Shown here piece after piece: positions 30,539-40,140 of a stretch of 64,000 nt of DNA; the stretch's first letter is position 1, and each line of letters opens with the position of its first letter. Where the stretch lies: the NCBI GenBank assembly GCA_038113315.1, contig JAYNOQ010000001.1, positions 22,015 through 86,014 on the forward strand. Direction: 5' to 3'. The notes beneath the pieces are model-generated. The model saw only the letters and a list, made by a program, of their open reading frames with translations. It did no database searches and was not told where the DNA came from. Made by a program: the position numbers and the translations under genes. Source of the DNA: Flammeovirgaceae bacterium (GTDB lineage Bacteria > Bacteroidota > Bacteroidia > Cytophagales > MED-G16).

Positions 30539-31144
30539 TTAATTTTTTTCTTTAAAATTTCTTATAAAATAACCTGATTCAGGCCCTTTTAAGAAAATTA
30601 AGTCTATCACACTATAATCATAATCAAATTTCTTGCCAAGAAAGAAATTATTTCTTTTTTGATCGACATCTTCTTTTTTTGAAAATGAATTATAATGACT
30701 ATATACCTCTATTACGTCTTCTAAGTTGTTTTTATTCTGAAATTTTTCAATTTTATTTTCAAAATCTAAAAATTGACAAAACAATGTCAATAAGTCATAA
30801 TTTAGATCAATTAGGAAATTATGTCTTAGTTTAAGAATCTTGATTATTTCGTCAACATAATAAATATAATATGGGAATCTACCATATGAAGATTGTATAG
30901 ATTGAAAATGACCATTAATCCAATTTTTATTATGGTCTATTTTTAATTCTTTTATTTTTATATCTTTTGAGCTGAAGATCAAAGGAACCTCCATTTCAAA
31001 GGCATTAGAACGATTTACAATTTTAGTTTTATTTATATTTAAAAAATGAGAATAATCTGAATTAAAGTCAACAAGAATTTTGTTGTCCTTTAATTTCTTG
31101 AAAAAATTTACAGTTGGCAAATATTGTGGTTGAACTAAAATCAT
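30539..31144 (-). CDS. Hypothetical protein, possibly WbqC-like family
   Basis: 201 aa. The N-terminus MILVQPQYLPTVNFF resembles the QPxYxPxxxYF start of WbqC-like proteins. The assignment is by eye only. Confidence 0.4.
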   Translation of the reverse strand: MILVQPQYLPTVNFFKKLKDNKILVDFNSDYSHFLNINKTKIVNRSNAFEMEVPLIFSSKDIKIKELKIDHNKNWINGHFQSIQSSYGRFPYYIYYVDEIIKILKLRHNFLIDLNYDLLTLFCQFLDFENKIEKFQNKNNLEDVIEVYSHYNSFSKKEDVDQKRNNFFLGKKFDYDYSVIDLIFLKGPESGYFIRNFKEKN

Positions 31145-31171
31145 ATTATTACCTTTACAAGTAAATATAAA

Positions 31172-32200
31172 ATGAGTAAGAAAAAAATTTTAATTCCTTT
31201 AATTATTTTCTCTACAATACTTACTACAGGTAGCGTATATACCTACCAAATGTTATATTCTCCAAATTTTTTAATTAACGCTGATGATAAATTTATAATA
31301 ATTGAAGAAAATACTGACTTTAATGAGTTAATAAAAAAATTAGAAGACGACACCTTAATTAATGATATTCTATCATTTAGTTTTCTTAGTAAATTAATGG
31401 AATACCAAGAAAATATTAAAATTGGAGCTTACAAGGTTAAAATGAATATGTCCAATTACGAAATGATAACTATGCTTAGGTCTGGTAATCAAACTCCAAT
31501 TAAACTCACATTTACGTATGCAAGGAAAATTGAAGACTTAGCAGAAAAAATCACTACAAAATTAAAGATGTCAAAAGATGATCTTCTAAATTACTTAAAT
31601 GAGAATATTAATAATTATAGCGGATTTAAAAAAACTGATATAATTAGTATTTTCTTACCAGATACCTATGAAGTTTATTGGAATATATCTCCCGAGAAGC
31701 TAACAAATAAAATGTATTCCGAATATAAAAAATTCTGGAATGAGGAAAGGCTTTCAAAACTTGACAAGATAAATCTAAATCAGAAAGAAGCGATTGTGCT
31801 AGCGTCTATTATAGCATCTGAATCTAGAATGTTAGATGAAGCAGATAGAATAGCAGGATTATATATTAATAGACTAAATAAAAACATGCGCCTTCAAGCA
31901 GATCCTACTTTAATATTTGCAGCAAATGATTTTACCATTAGAAGAGTTTTAAATAAACATAAAAAAATTAAGTCACCCTATAACACTTATATTCATAGAG
32001 GCTTACCTCCTGGACCTATAAGATTAGCATCAAAAAAATATATTGATGCTGTATTAAATTATGAAAAACATAATTATATCTATATGTGTGCTAAAGAAGA
32101 TTTTTCGGGATACCATGCATTTGCCACAAACCTATCTGATCATAATAGAAATGCAAAGAAGTTTCAGATTGCATTAAATAGGAGAAAAATATATAGATAA
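31172..32200 (+). CDS. mltG: Endolytic murein transglycosylase (YceG family)
   Basis: 342 aa. N-terminal TM anchor. ASIIASESRMLDEADRIAGLYINRL, LQADPT, YNTYIHRGLPPGPI are YceG/MltG signatures. Confidence 0.85.
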   Translation: MSKKKILIPLIIFSTILTTGSVYTYQMLYSPNFLINADDKFIIIEENTDFNELIKKLEDDTLINDILSFSFLSKLMEYQENIKIGAYKVKMNMSNYEMITMLRSGNQTPIKLTFTYARKIEDLAEKITTKLKMSKDDLLNYLNENINNYSGFKKTDIISIFLPDTYEVYWNISPEKLTNKMYSEYKKFWNEERLSKLDKINLNQKEAIVLASIIASESRMLDEADRIAGLYINRLNKNMRLQADPTLIFAANDFTIRRVLNKHKKIKSPYNTYIHRGLPPGPIRLASKKYIDAVLNYEKHNYIYMCAKEDFSGYHAFATNLSDHNRNAKKFQIALNRRKIYR

Positions 32201-32604
32201 TGATCAAGGGAGAAATAAAACTAAGGGTAAGATATTCAGACACTGATCAAATGGGATATGTATATTATGGGAGATACGCCAGTTTCTATGAAGTTGCAAG
32301 AGTGGAGTTATTTAGAAATTTAGGTTTTTCATATAAAAAATTAGAAGAGGAGGGAGTAGGTATGCCAGTAATTGACTTGGAAACAAAATATATTTTGCCA
32401 ATTAAATACGATGAGGAAATTACTATAAAAACAAGCATTAAAGAAATACCTTCTTCAAGGATTATATTTTTTTATGAGATATATAATCATGATAATGTAT
32501 TATCTAATACGGCAAAAACAACATTAACATTCATTAACTTATCTAGCAAACGACCAGTAAGAACACCGAAAGAACTTTTAGAAATAATTAAAGATAAATT
32601 TTAA
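32200..32604 (+). CDS. Acyl-CoA thioesterase, hotdog fold (YbgC/4HBT family)
   Basis: 134 aa. RVRYSDTDQMGYVYYGRYASFYEVARVE is the canonical 4HBT-family catalytic Asp region. Confidence 0.75.
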   Translation: MIKGEIKLRVRYSDTDQMGYVYYGRYASFYEVARVELFRNLGFSYKKLEEEGVGMPVIDLETKYILPIKYDEEITIKTSIKEIPSSRIIFFYEIYNHDNVLSNTAKTTLTFINLSSKRPVRTPKELLEIIKDKF

Positions 32605-33527
32605 TGAAATCTATTATTGATAATATAGTTACATTTTTAAGAGCATTATTCAAGAAACTTTATTTGGTTGGTAATACAGTAAGTTATTATAATGTATTTA
32701 AAATATTTAAATCAAAATTGTCAGAAGATGAGATATTTGAAAGGTCTCTGGCAGTAGCATTTAGTTTTACCATCGCATCATTTCCATTAATAATTTTCTT
32801 ATTTACTTTAATTCCGTATATCAATGCTTGGATACCAGAAATTGATTCTGTGAAAATTCTAATTTTTTTGGAAAATATAATGCCTGAGAATATGTTCAGC
32901 ATAACTAAAAATACTATACTTGACCTGGTTGAAACAAAAAGAGGAGGCTTATTATCTATAGGGGTGATTTCATCAATATTTCTATCCTCTAACGGATTTA
33001 ATACATTAATAAAAACATTTAATAGCTGCCATAGAATTAGAGAGAATAGGAGTTTCTATGAGACAAGATTAATTGCGATGTTACTTACTTTAGTCTTTTT
33101 TATCGTCACAATAGTTGCAATAGTACTTTCAACTTTGGGTGATTTTATAATAAATATATTATTAGAATATAACGTCTTTAAAGATGTAGAATACTACACT
33201 ATAAATTCATATAAATTATTATCTCTATTTGTTTCTTTTTATCTTCTAATTACCTCCATTTTTTATTTTGCTCCTGTTAAACATAATAAGTGGACATTTA
33301 TTTCATCTGGATCAATAATATCAACTTTAGGTTGTGTAGTTATCTCATTAGCATTCTCCTACTACATAATAAATTTTCCTACTTACAATAAACTTTATGG
33401 ATCAATTGGTATTTTAATTGCTTACATGGGATGGGTATATTTTATATCTTCAATAATTCTTATTGGCTTTGAATGGAATACAAGTATTGATATTGCAATT
33501 AATAAATTAAAGTCAAAATTTAATTAA
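32604..33527 (+). CDS. YihY/BrkB-family integral membrane protein
   Basis: 307 aa. About 6 TM segments. ERSLAVAFSFTIASFP and YGSIGILIAYMGWVYF patterns fit the YihY (formerly ribonuclease BN) family. Confidence 0.72.
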   Translation: MKSIIDNIVTFLRALFKKLYLVGNTVSYYNVFKIFKSKLSEDEIFERSLAVAFSFTIASFPLIIFLFTLIPYINAWIPEIDSVKILIFLENIMPENMFSITKNTILDLVETKRGGLLSIGVISSIFLSSNGFNTLIKTFNSCHRIRENRSFYETRLIAMLLTLVFFIVTIVAIVLSTLGDFIINILLEYNVFKDVEYYTINSYKLLSLFVSFYLLITSIFYFAPVKHNKWTFISSGSIISTLGCVVISLAFSYYIINFPTYNKLYGSIGILIAYMGWVYFISSIILIGFEWNTSIDIAINKLKSKFN

Positions 33528-33535
33528 AGAACATA

Positions 33536-33568
33536 TTTGGTAAATGTCTTAATTAAAATATATTTTTG
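33536..33568 (+). promoter_or_regulatory. Candidate Bacteroidota-type promoter for tRNA-Ser
   Basis: TTTG (33536..33539), a 21-nt spacer, then TATTTTTG (33561..33568, exact TAnnTTTG). The box ends 16 nt before the tRNA 5' end. Confidence 0.42.
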
Positions 33569-33584
33569 CTGCCAAGATTATTAC

Positions 33585-33669
33585 AGAGGAGTGGCAGAGT
33601 GGTCGAATGCGGCGGTCTTGAAAACCGTTGTACCGCAAGGTACCGGGGGTTCGAATCCCTCCTCCTCTG
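33585..33669 (+). tRNA. tRNA-Ser (anticodon TGA), long variable arm
   Basis: AGAGGAG/TG/GCA-GAGTGGTCGAA-TGC/G/GCGGT-CTTGAAA-ACCGT, extra arm TACC-GCAA-GGTA, GGGGG-TTCGAAT-CCCTC, CTCCTCT/G. It lies inside the 5' part of ORF-track entry 33566..34015. The first base pair appears to be A1-T72. Confidence 0.9.
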
Positions 33670-33685
33670 CTTACTTACCAACCCA

Positions 33686-34015
33686 GTGAATTCTGATTTT
33701 TTTAAAAGTGTATATGAAGTTGTAAAACTAATACCCTATGGAAAAGTAACTTCCTATGGGGCTATTGCTAAATATCTAGGAACAACCAAGAGCGCTAGGG
33801 TTGTTGGATGGGCAATGAATAACTCACATAATGATTCAAGTATTCCTGCACACAGAGTTGTTAACAGAAATGGATTACTTACTGGAAAACATCACTTTCC
33901 CGGAGAAAATTTAATGGAAGATCTACTAAAGAAAGAAGGAATTTCAGTAAGAAATAATAGGATTGAAAATTTTACTGATGTATTTTGGGATCCTACTAAA
34001 GAGCTAGAGTTATAA
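33686..34015 (+). CDS. Alkyltransferase-like (ATL) / MGMT-family DNA-binding protein lacking the acceptor cysteine; proposed GTG start
   Basis: The C-terminal 109 codons of ORF 33566..34015 give NSDFFKSVYEVVKLIPYGKVTSYGAIAKYLG...IPAHRVVN. This is the MGMT DNA-binding fold with PAHRV in place of the catalytic PCHRV. The in-frame GTG at 33686 is the first plausible start after the tRNA. Confidence 0.72.
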   Translation: MNSDFFKSVYEVVKLIPYGKVTSYGAIAKYLGTTKSARVVGWAMNNSHNDSSIPAHRVVNRNGLLTGKHHFPGENLMEDLLKKEGISVRNNRIENFTDVFWDPTKELEL

Positions 34016-34016
34016 T

Positions 34017-35237
34017 ATGAAAAAAATATTTGTTTCCTTAATCCTATTTCTGTCTCAAAGTCTTTACAGTCAAGAAGATTTAAATAATTTGTTTATCAAA
34101 TGTGATAGATGTGATAATAATTTCTTGAAGAATGAAATAAACTATGTTAACCATGTGAGGGAACAAGGTCTTGCCGATATTCAATTATTTATTTACAGAA
34201 ATAGAAATGCAAATAATGGAAATAGATATAGCCTAGATTTCATTGGTAAAAATGAATTTTCTGAAAAAGAACTTTCATTAGTTTTAGATACAAATCCTAG
34301 ACTGACCCAAGATGAAGTTAGAAATGCATTGAAAAAAAAAATTGATATTGGATTAGTGTATTTTCTTGTTGAAAGCAATATTTCCAATAGAATAAATATA
34401 TCATATGATTCAATAATAAATAATAATGAATCATATGAATCAAGTTCAGATAAATGGAAAAACTGGGTGTTTCAAAGTGCTGGAGAAGTAAATTTTGAAA
34501 ATGAAACAAGTAGAAATGAATCTAATGTTAGAATTGAACTTGATGCAGATAAAGTTACCGATAAAATCAAGTTACAATTCGATGTTGACTTTGAAAGATC
34601 AAATAATAAATATGAAAATCAGGATAATGTATTTATTAGCAAAAGAAATAGAAAATCATTTGGAGCAAAAAGCGTTTGGAGTATAAATGATAAATGGTCA
34701 GCTGGATTTAATGCTGGTGCTAGCGGAGACACCTATCAAAATATAGACTTTAGATACTATATAATGCCAGCAATAGAATATAGTTTTTTCCCATATTATG
34801 AATTTGTTAGAAGAGAAATGGTAATAAACTATAGAATAGGTTATGGATATAGAAATTATATTGAAGAGACGATCTATAATAAATTTGAAGAAAATGTTTA
34901 TTTACATCAACTTGCTTTTGAGACTAGATTTAGACAACCATGGGGTGAGATATATACTAATCTTAGAGCAAAATCATTTCTCCAAGACCCATCAAAAAAT
35001 AGTTTTAGGTTTGATAGTTGGTTCTCTATTAGAGTATTCGAAGGTCTTGCAGTCAGATTTGGTGGGGAAATCGAATTAATTAGAGATCAATTAAGCTTAC
35101 CAAAGGGGAACGCTTCTATTGAAGACTTACTTCTTCAACAACAAGAAATTGCTACTGACTTTAGATCAGAGTTTAGAATAGCAATTGGCTACACCTTTGG
35201 ATCTGCATTTAATAATTATCTGAATAGTAGACTTTAG
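34017..35237 (+). CDS. Hypothetical outer-membrane protein (probable beta-barrel)
   Basis: 406 aa. Signal peptide (SLYSQ). The C-terminal ~250 aa show alternating hydrophobic/aromatic beta-strand-like periodicity. No family recognised by eye. Confidence 0.4.
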   Translation: MKKIFVSLILFLSQSLYSQEDLNNLFIKCDRCDNNFLKNEINYVNHVREQGLADIQLFIYRNRNANNGNRYSLDFIGKNEFSEKELSLVLDTNPRLTQDEVRNALKKKIDIGLVYFLVESNISNRINISYDSIINNNESYESSSDKWKNWVFQSAGEVNFENETSRNESNVRIELDADKVTDKIKLQFDVDFERSNNKYENQDNVFISKRNRKSFGAKSVWSINDKWSAGFNAGASGDTYQNIDFRYYIMPAIEYSFFPYYEFVRREMVINYRIGYGYRNYIEETIYNKFEENVYLHQLAFETRFRQPWGEIYTNLRAKSFLQDPSKNSFRFDSWFSIRVFEGLAVRFGGEIELIRDQLSLPKGNASIEDLLLQQQEIATDFRSEFRIAIGYTFGSAFNNYLNSRL

Positions 35238-35239
35238 TT

Positions 35240-36667
35240 CTACCTCTTAATAAAGTATAATCCTAAAAAAGTTAGTAGGCCATTCAACAATAAAATTTCA
35301 AAACCAAACCTGTACCCAAATAATAACTCTTCAGAATAAATATTGATTAAATAGCTAATTAGTGGAGAAATCAAACAGACAAAAAATACAAATTTGTCTT
35401 TAATTTTATATTTAGTAAAAATACCAAAAGAGAAAAGACCAAGTAGTGGTCCATATGTATACCCAGCTGCTTTAAAAATTGAATTGATTACACTTTCATC
35501 ATTAATTTCATTAAATATTAATATGACAATAAAAAGTAAAATTGAAAAACCTATATGTACCAAAAGCCTAGTTTTTCTTTTGTTATTCCTTTTTTGAATG
35601 TCTAAGAAATCAATACAAAAAGAAGTAGTTAATGAGGTCAATGCAGAATCAGCACTTGAATAAGCAGCCGCAATAATTCCTAAAATAAAAATAATAGAGG
35701 TTAAGAAACCTAATTCATTTAATGCTAATAAAGGATATAAGTCATCGGTACTTGTGGGTAACTGAAAATTTACTGATTCCGAGTAAAGATATAGCAGTGC
35801 TCCAAGGAATAGAAATAAGAGATTTGCTATAACTAAAATCACACAAAACCAGAAAATATTTTTTTGTGCATCTCCAAGATTTCTACATGTTAAATTTTTT
35901 TGCATCATATCCTGATCAAGACCCGTCATAACAATTGCAATAAATGCTCCAGAAATAAATTGTTTGAAAAAATCATTACCAGCTCTCCAATCAAAATAAA
36001 AAATATTTGAGTAAGAAGTATTCTTAACCATATGAAAGGATTCATATAATGAAATATTCATTTTATCTGTGATGATAACTATTGTAATGATAACAGCAGA
36101 TAACATAAAAAGAGTTTGAAGTGCATCAGTCCAAACTATAGTTTTAATTCCTCCTTTGAAAGTGTATATCCAAATCAATAATATTGTTAGAAGGACTGAG
36201 AAGAAATACGGAAGACCTAATTGATTAAATATTGCAATTTGAAGAACACCAGCAACTAAAAATAATCTAAATGAAGCTCCTATAGTTCTAGATAACAAAA
36301 AGAAAAATGCACCTGCCTTATAGCTATAAAATCCAAACCTATCTTCTAGGTAAGTATATATAGAAATTAAATTATGCTTATAGTATAATGGCAACAATAC
36401 TTTCGCTATCACATAGTACCCTACTAAGTATCCCAAAACAACCTGGAAATAACTAAAGTTAGAACTCCCCACTTCGCCAGGCACTGAAATAAAGGTAACG
36501 CCTGACAATGAAGTTCCTATCATCCCAAATGCAACTAAATACCATGGAGATGATCTGTTAGCATTAAAGAAATCAGTGAAAGTTGATTTTTTTGATGTGA
36601 GATTTGATATAAATAATAGTACCAAAAAATATATTATAAAAATCAGAAGTATAATATTAGCATTCAT
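35240..36667 (-). CDS. Sodium:solute symporter family transporter
   Basis: 475 aa. About 12-13 TM segments. N-terminal FFNANRSSPWYLVAFGMIGTSLSGVTFISVPG is typical of the SSF family. Confidence 0.82.
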   Translation of the reverse strand: MNANIILLIFIIYFLVLLFISNLTSKKSTFTDFFNANRSSPWYLVAFGMIGTSLSGVTFISVPGEVGSSNFSYFQVVLGYLVGYYVIAKVLLPLYYKHNLISIYTYLEDRFGFYSYKAGAFFFLLSRTIGASFRLFLVAGVLQIAIFNQLGLPYFFSVLLTILLIWIYTFKGGIKTIVWTDALQTLFMLSAVIITIVIITDKMNISLYESFHMVKNTSYSNIFYFDWRAGNDFFKQFISGAFIAIVMTGLDQDMMQKNLTCRNLGDAQKNIFWFCVILVIANLLFLFLGALLYLYSESVNFQLPTSTDDLYPLLALNELGFLTSIIFILGIIAAAYSSADSALTSLTTSFCIDFLDIQKRNNKRKTRLLVHIGFSILLFIVILIFNEINDESVINSIFKAAGYTYGPLLGLFSFGIFTKYKIKDKFVFFVCLISPLISYLINIYSEELLFGYRFGFEILLLNGLLTFLGLYFIKR

Positions 36668-36760
36668 ATCTATTTTTGGAAAAAAACAATTATGTTAGGG
36701 TTTGTTTTTAATAAAGTTAAATCAAAATCAAAATTAGATTTCATATAGAGGTTAATTTTT

Positions 36761-37375
36761 ATGAAGCTTCCAACAAAAATTATTGAAAATGCAGTAAATG
36801 AAATATCCAAATTACCTGGAATTGGAAAAAAAACTGCATTGAGACTTTCTCTTTATCTACTTAAAAAAGATTTACAGTTTTCAAAAAACATTTCTAAAGC
36901 AATTGAAGATTTAAAAGAAAAAACTCAATACTGTGATATATGCCATATGATTTGTGAAGAAGGAAATTGCATATGTAAATCAAATAATCCATTCACAAAC
37001 AGAAAGATACTTTGTATTGTTGAAGATACTCCAGATGTTTTAGCAATTCAAAACACTAATCATTACAATGGATTATTTCATGTGATCGGCGGCTTAATTT
37101 CTCCAATTGATGGTATTGGACCTGAAAATCTTAACATTGATAGCCTAGAAAAAAGAGTAGAAGAAGGAGAAATAGAGGAGATAATATTTGCGCTTAGTCC
37201 TACTTTAGATGGAGATACAACATCCTTCTATATTTCTAAAAGATTATCAAAATTTAACCTAAGAATAACGACTATATCTAGGGGTATTCCGATTGGAGGA
37301 GAAATAGAGTACGCAGATGAAGTTACATTAGGAAAAAGTATATCATCAAGAATTAATTATAATATAGAAAAATGA
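36761..37375 (+). CDS. recR: Recombination protein RecR
   Basis: 204 aa. LPGIGKKTALRL HhH motif, a Cys4 zinc finger (CDICHMICEEGNCICK) and a Toprim domain. Confidence 0.95.
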   Translation: MKLPTKIIENAVNEISKLPGIGKKTALRLSLYLLKKDLQFSKNISKAIEDLKEKTQYCDICHMICEEGNCICKSNNPFTNRKILCIVEDTPDVLAIQNTNHYNGLFHVIGGLISPIDGIGPENLNIDSLEKRVEEGEIEEIIFALSPTLDGDTTSFYISKRLSKFNLRITTISRGIPIGGEIEYADEVTLGKSISSRINYNIEK

Positions 37376-38574
37376 AAAACACTGAATCGTTAAGACTACA
37401 AGGAGTTGAAGAATCGTCAACACTAGCAATGGCTGCTCTAGCAAGGGAATATAAAGTAAAAGGCGTGGATGTAATTAGTTTAAGCTTAGGTGAGCCTGAT
37501 TTTAAAACACCAACTAATATATGTGAAGGCGCTAAAGAAGCAATAGATTCTGGTAAATATTTCTCATATCCACCTGTTCCCGGTTATTTAGATTTTCGTG
37601 AAGCAATTTCTGAAAAATTCAAAAATGAAAATGGCTTAAATTATAGCCCTAGTGAAATAATTGTTTCTAATGGAGTAAAACACTCAATTACCAATGTCAT
37701 GTTTTCAATCTTAAATCCTGGAGATGAGGTAATTGTATTTGCACCTTTTTGGGTAAGCTATTCTGCTATAATATCACTAGCTGATGGAATACCTAAATAT
37801 ATTAATACTACAATTAAAAATGACTTTAAACCAACTAATGATCAATTAGAGGAAGCTATTTCAACAAAAACTAAAGCGATAATTTTTAGTTCCCCTTGTA
37901 ACCCAACTGGCACAGTATTTACTAAGGAAGAATTAGAAGGTTACAGAAATATTTTAGTTAATCATCCAGATATTTATGTTATTTCAGATGAGATTTATGA
38001 GCATATAAATTTTACGGATGAACATGCAAGTTTTGGCTCCCTCGAAGGGATGAATGATAGGACAATAACAATGAACGGTTTTTCTAAGGGATTCGCAATG
38101 ACAGGATGGAGATTAGGATATATAGGTGCTCCGGCTAAAATTGCTAAATCAATCAATAAGATGCAAGGTCAAACTACATCTGCTAATTGTTCAATAGCAC
38201 AAAGAGCAGGGCTTACTGCGCTCAGAGGAGGAAATGAAAGTGCGCTAAATATGAAAAAAGAATATCTGAAAAGAAGAAATATTGTTTTTGATTTATTATC
38301 AAAAATTGATAAAATCAAACTAAATAAGCCTCAGGGTGCTTTCTATTTTTTCCCTGAAATTTCTAATTACCTTGGAAATAAAACTAAAGATGGGAAAAAA
38401 ATTAATAGTGCAAATGATCTTGCATTATATCTCCTTGAAGATGCTAAAGTTTCTTTAGTTCCTGGTGAGGACTTTGGAGCACCTAATTGTATAAGAATTT
38501 CCTATGCAGCAAGTGAAAAAGAACTTATAGAGGCTACTCAAAGAATTGAGAAATCTTTAAGCAAGTTATCCTAA
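37372..38574 (+). CDS. Pyridoxal-phosphate-dependent aminotransferase (aspartate aminotransferase class I)
   Basis: 400 aa. LSLGEPDF, SNGVKHS, NPTGTV, and the PLP-lysine region NGFSKGFAMTGWRLGY. Confidence 0.88.
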   Translation: MKNTESLRLQGVEESSTLAMAALAREYKVKGVDVISLSLGEPDFKTPTNICEGAKEAIDSGKYFSYPPVPGYLDFREAISEKFKNENGLNYSPSEIIVSNGVKHSITNVMFSILNPGDEVIVFAPFWVSYSAIISLADGIPKYINTTIKNDFKPTNDQLEEAISTKTKAIIFSSPCNPTGTVFTKEELEGYRNILVNHPDIYVISDEIYEHINFTDEHASFGSLEGMNDRTITMNGFSKGFAMTGWRLGYIGAPAKIAKSINKMQGQTTSANCSIAQRAGLTALRGGNESALNMKKEYLKRRNIVFDLLSKIDKIKLNKPQGAFYFFPEISNYLGNKTKDGKKINSANDLALYLLEDAKVSLVPGEDFGAPNCIRISYAASEKELIEATQRIEKSLSKLS

Positions 38575-39554
38575 TGAAAATCAAAAATATCTTTGATAAA
38601 ATTAAAGGAAAAGAAATTATTATTATTGGAGATTCAATGGTTGATTCCTATGTAATAGGAGAAATAAACAGAAATTCTCCAGAAGCTCCAGTTCCTATTG
38701 TTGATATTCAAAAAGAAGAAGCAAAACTTGGGGGAGCTGCAAATGTTGCACTAAATATTCAAAGCCTTGGAATGAAACCAATTTTATGCTCAGTAATTGG
38801 TGAAGATGAAGACGGAAAAAATTTTTTAGAAATATGTAATGATTATAATTTAGATACCTCAGGAATTTTAGTTGATAGAGAACGAAAGACAACAAATAAA
38901 AAGAGAGTTATAGTAGATAAAAAACATATACTGAGAATTGATAATGAACATACCAACTTATTAAATGATGAAATCTTTGATAGATTTTTAAAAAATATTG
39001 AGGGATTAATTTCGGATGATCAAATTATTATTTTTCAAGACTATGACAAAGGAGTGATTGAAAAAAAATTGATTAATAAAGTAAAAAAAATGGGCAATAA
39101 GCTATTTATTGCTGTAGATCCAAAAAGAAGAAATTTTTTTGATTATGAGGATATTGATTTATTTAAGCCTAATCTCAATGAAATCTTAGACGCTTATAAG
39201 ACTGAAGATAAATCGATTAGTAACATAAATCATGTTTCAGATAAATTAAAAAGAGAAAAAAACATTAAAAATTTAATGGTTACTCTTTCAGATAAAGGTC
39301 TAATTATCAATAACAATAAGGGTTTTATTCACAATAAGATTGAAAAGAAAAAAATTATTGACGTATCTGGAGCTGGTGATACTGTAATTTCCCTTGCAAC
39401 AATTTTATTTTATCTTGATTTACCAGAAAAGTTTATTGCAGAGATATGTAATCTTGCTGGAGGAATTACGTGTATGAAATCAGGAGTAAATGCAATTAAC
39501 CTCAAAGAGCTATTAGAAAATGCAGAAAGAAACAATTTAGATTTATATCTTTGA
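38574..39554 (+). CDS. PfkB-family sugar kinase resembling the heptose-7-phosphate kinase domain of HldE/RfaE (kinase domain only)
   Basis: 326 aa. IIIIGDSMVDSYVIGEINRNSPEAPVPIVDIQKEEAKLGGAANVALNIQSLG closely follows the RfaE domain-I N-terminus. C-terminal DVSGAGDT PfkB motif. No cytidylyltransferase-like second domain. Confidence 0.7.
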   Translation: MKIKNIFDKIKGKEIIIIGDSMVDSYVIGEINRNSPEAPVPIVDIQKEEAKLGGAANVALNIQSLGMKPILCSVIGEDEDGKNFLEICNDYNLDTSGILVDRERKTTNKKRVIVDKKHILRIDNEHTNLLNDEIFDRFLKNIEGLISDDQIIIFQDYDKGVIEKKLINKVKKMGNKLFIAVDPKRRNFFDYEDIDLFKPNLNEILDAYKTEDKSISNINHVSDKLKREKNIKNLMVTLSDKGLIINNNKGFIHNKIEKKKIIDVSGAGDTVISLATILFYLDLPEKFIAEICNLAGGITCMKSGVNAINLKELLENAERNNLDLYL

Positions 39555-39570
39555 ATAAAATTAATACCTA

Positions 39571-40140
39571 ATGAACATTATATTATTTGGACCACCTGGG
39601 GCTGGAAAAGGCACTCAAAGCGATAAAATAATTGAAAAATATAAATTAAAACACCTATCTACAGGTGATTTATTTAGAATGCATTTAGGCAATAATACTC
39701 CACTTGGAATTGAGGCTAAAAAATATATGGATGAAGGTAATCTTGTCCCTGACAGTGTGGTAATAAATATGGTGAAAGAAGAAATTGAAAATAATAACCA
39801 GAGCAAAGGTTTCATTTTTGATGGGTTCCCGAGAACCGTGAACCAAGCAGTTGCACTTGATGAAATGTTAAAAGAAAAAACATTATCTATTGATAACTTA
39901 ATTTCATTGGAGGTAGACGATGATGAATTAATTTCAAGAATAAAAAAGAGGGCATTAGTTTCTGGAAGAATTGATGATCAAAGTGAAGAAAAAATAAACA
40001 ATAGAATCAGAGTTTATAAAGAGGAAACGTTACCAGTATTAAATCATTACAAAAAACTTGAAAAATACATCCCTATTAATGGAGTTGGATCAATTGATGA
40101 AATCTTTGAATTGATTATCTCAAAAATAGAGGGAAAATGA
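39571..40140 (+). CDS. adk: Adenylate kinase (short lid type)
   Basis: 189 aa. GPPGAGKGTQ, LSTGDLFR, GFIFDGFPRT. Confidence 0.95.
   Translation: MNIILFGPPGAGKGTQSDKIIEKYKLKHLSTGDLFRMHLGNNTPLGIEAKKYMDEGNLVPDSVVINMVKEEIENNNQSKGFIFDGFPRTVNQAVALDEMLKEKTLSIDNLISLEVDDDELISRIKKRALVSGRIDDQSEEKINNRIRVYKEETLPVLNHYKKLEKYIPINGVGSIDEIFELIISKIEGK

Noticed and set aside
30623-30638. Sigma-54-like TGGCAA-GAAAT-TTGAT on the minus strand, about 130 nt upstream of clpC
   Set aside because: It lies inside the coding sequence of the upstream gene and has GA instead of GC at the -12 position. It lacks the TGTCA-N11 partner that accompanies the grpE and dnaK copies, so it is probably a chance match.
33566-33685. 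N-terminal 40 codons of ORF-track entry 33566..34015
   Set aside because: This part is the in-frame read-through of tRNA-Ser(TGA) at 33585..33669. The protein-coding gene is re-called from the GTG at 33686.
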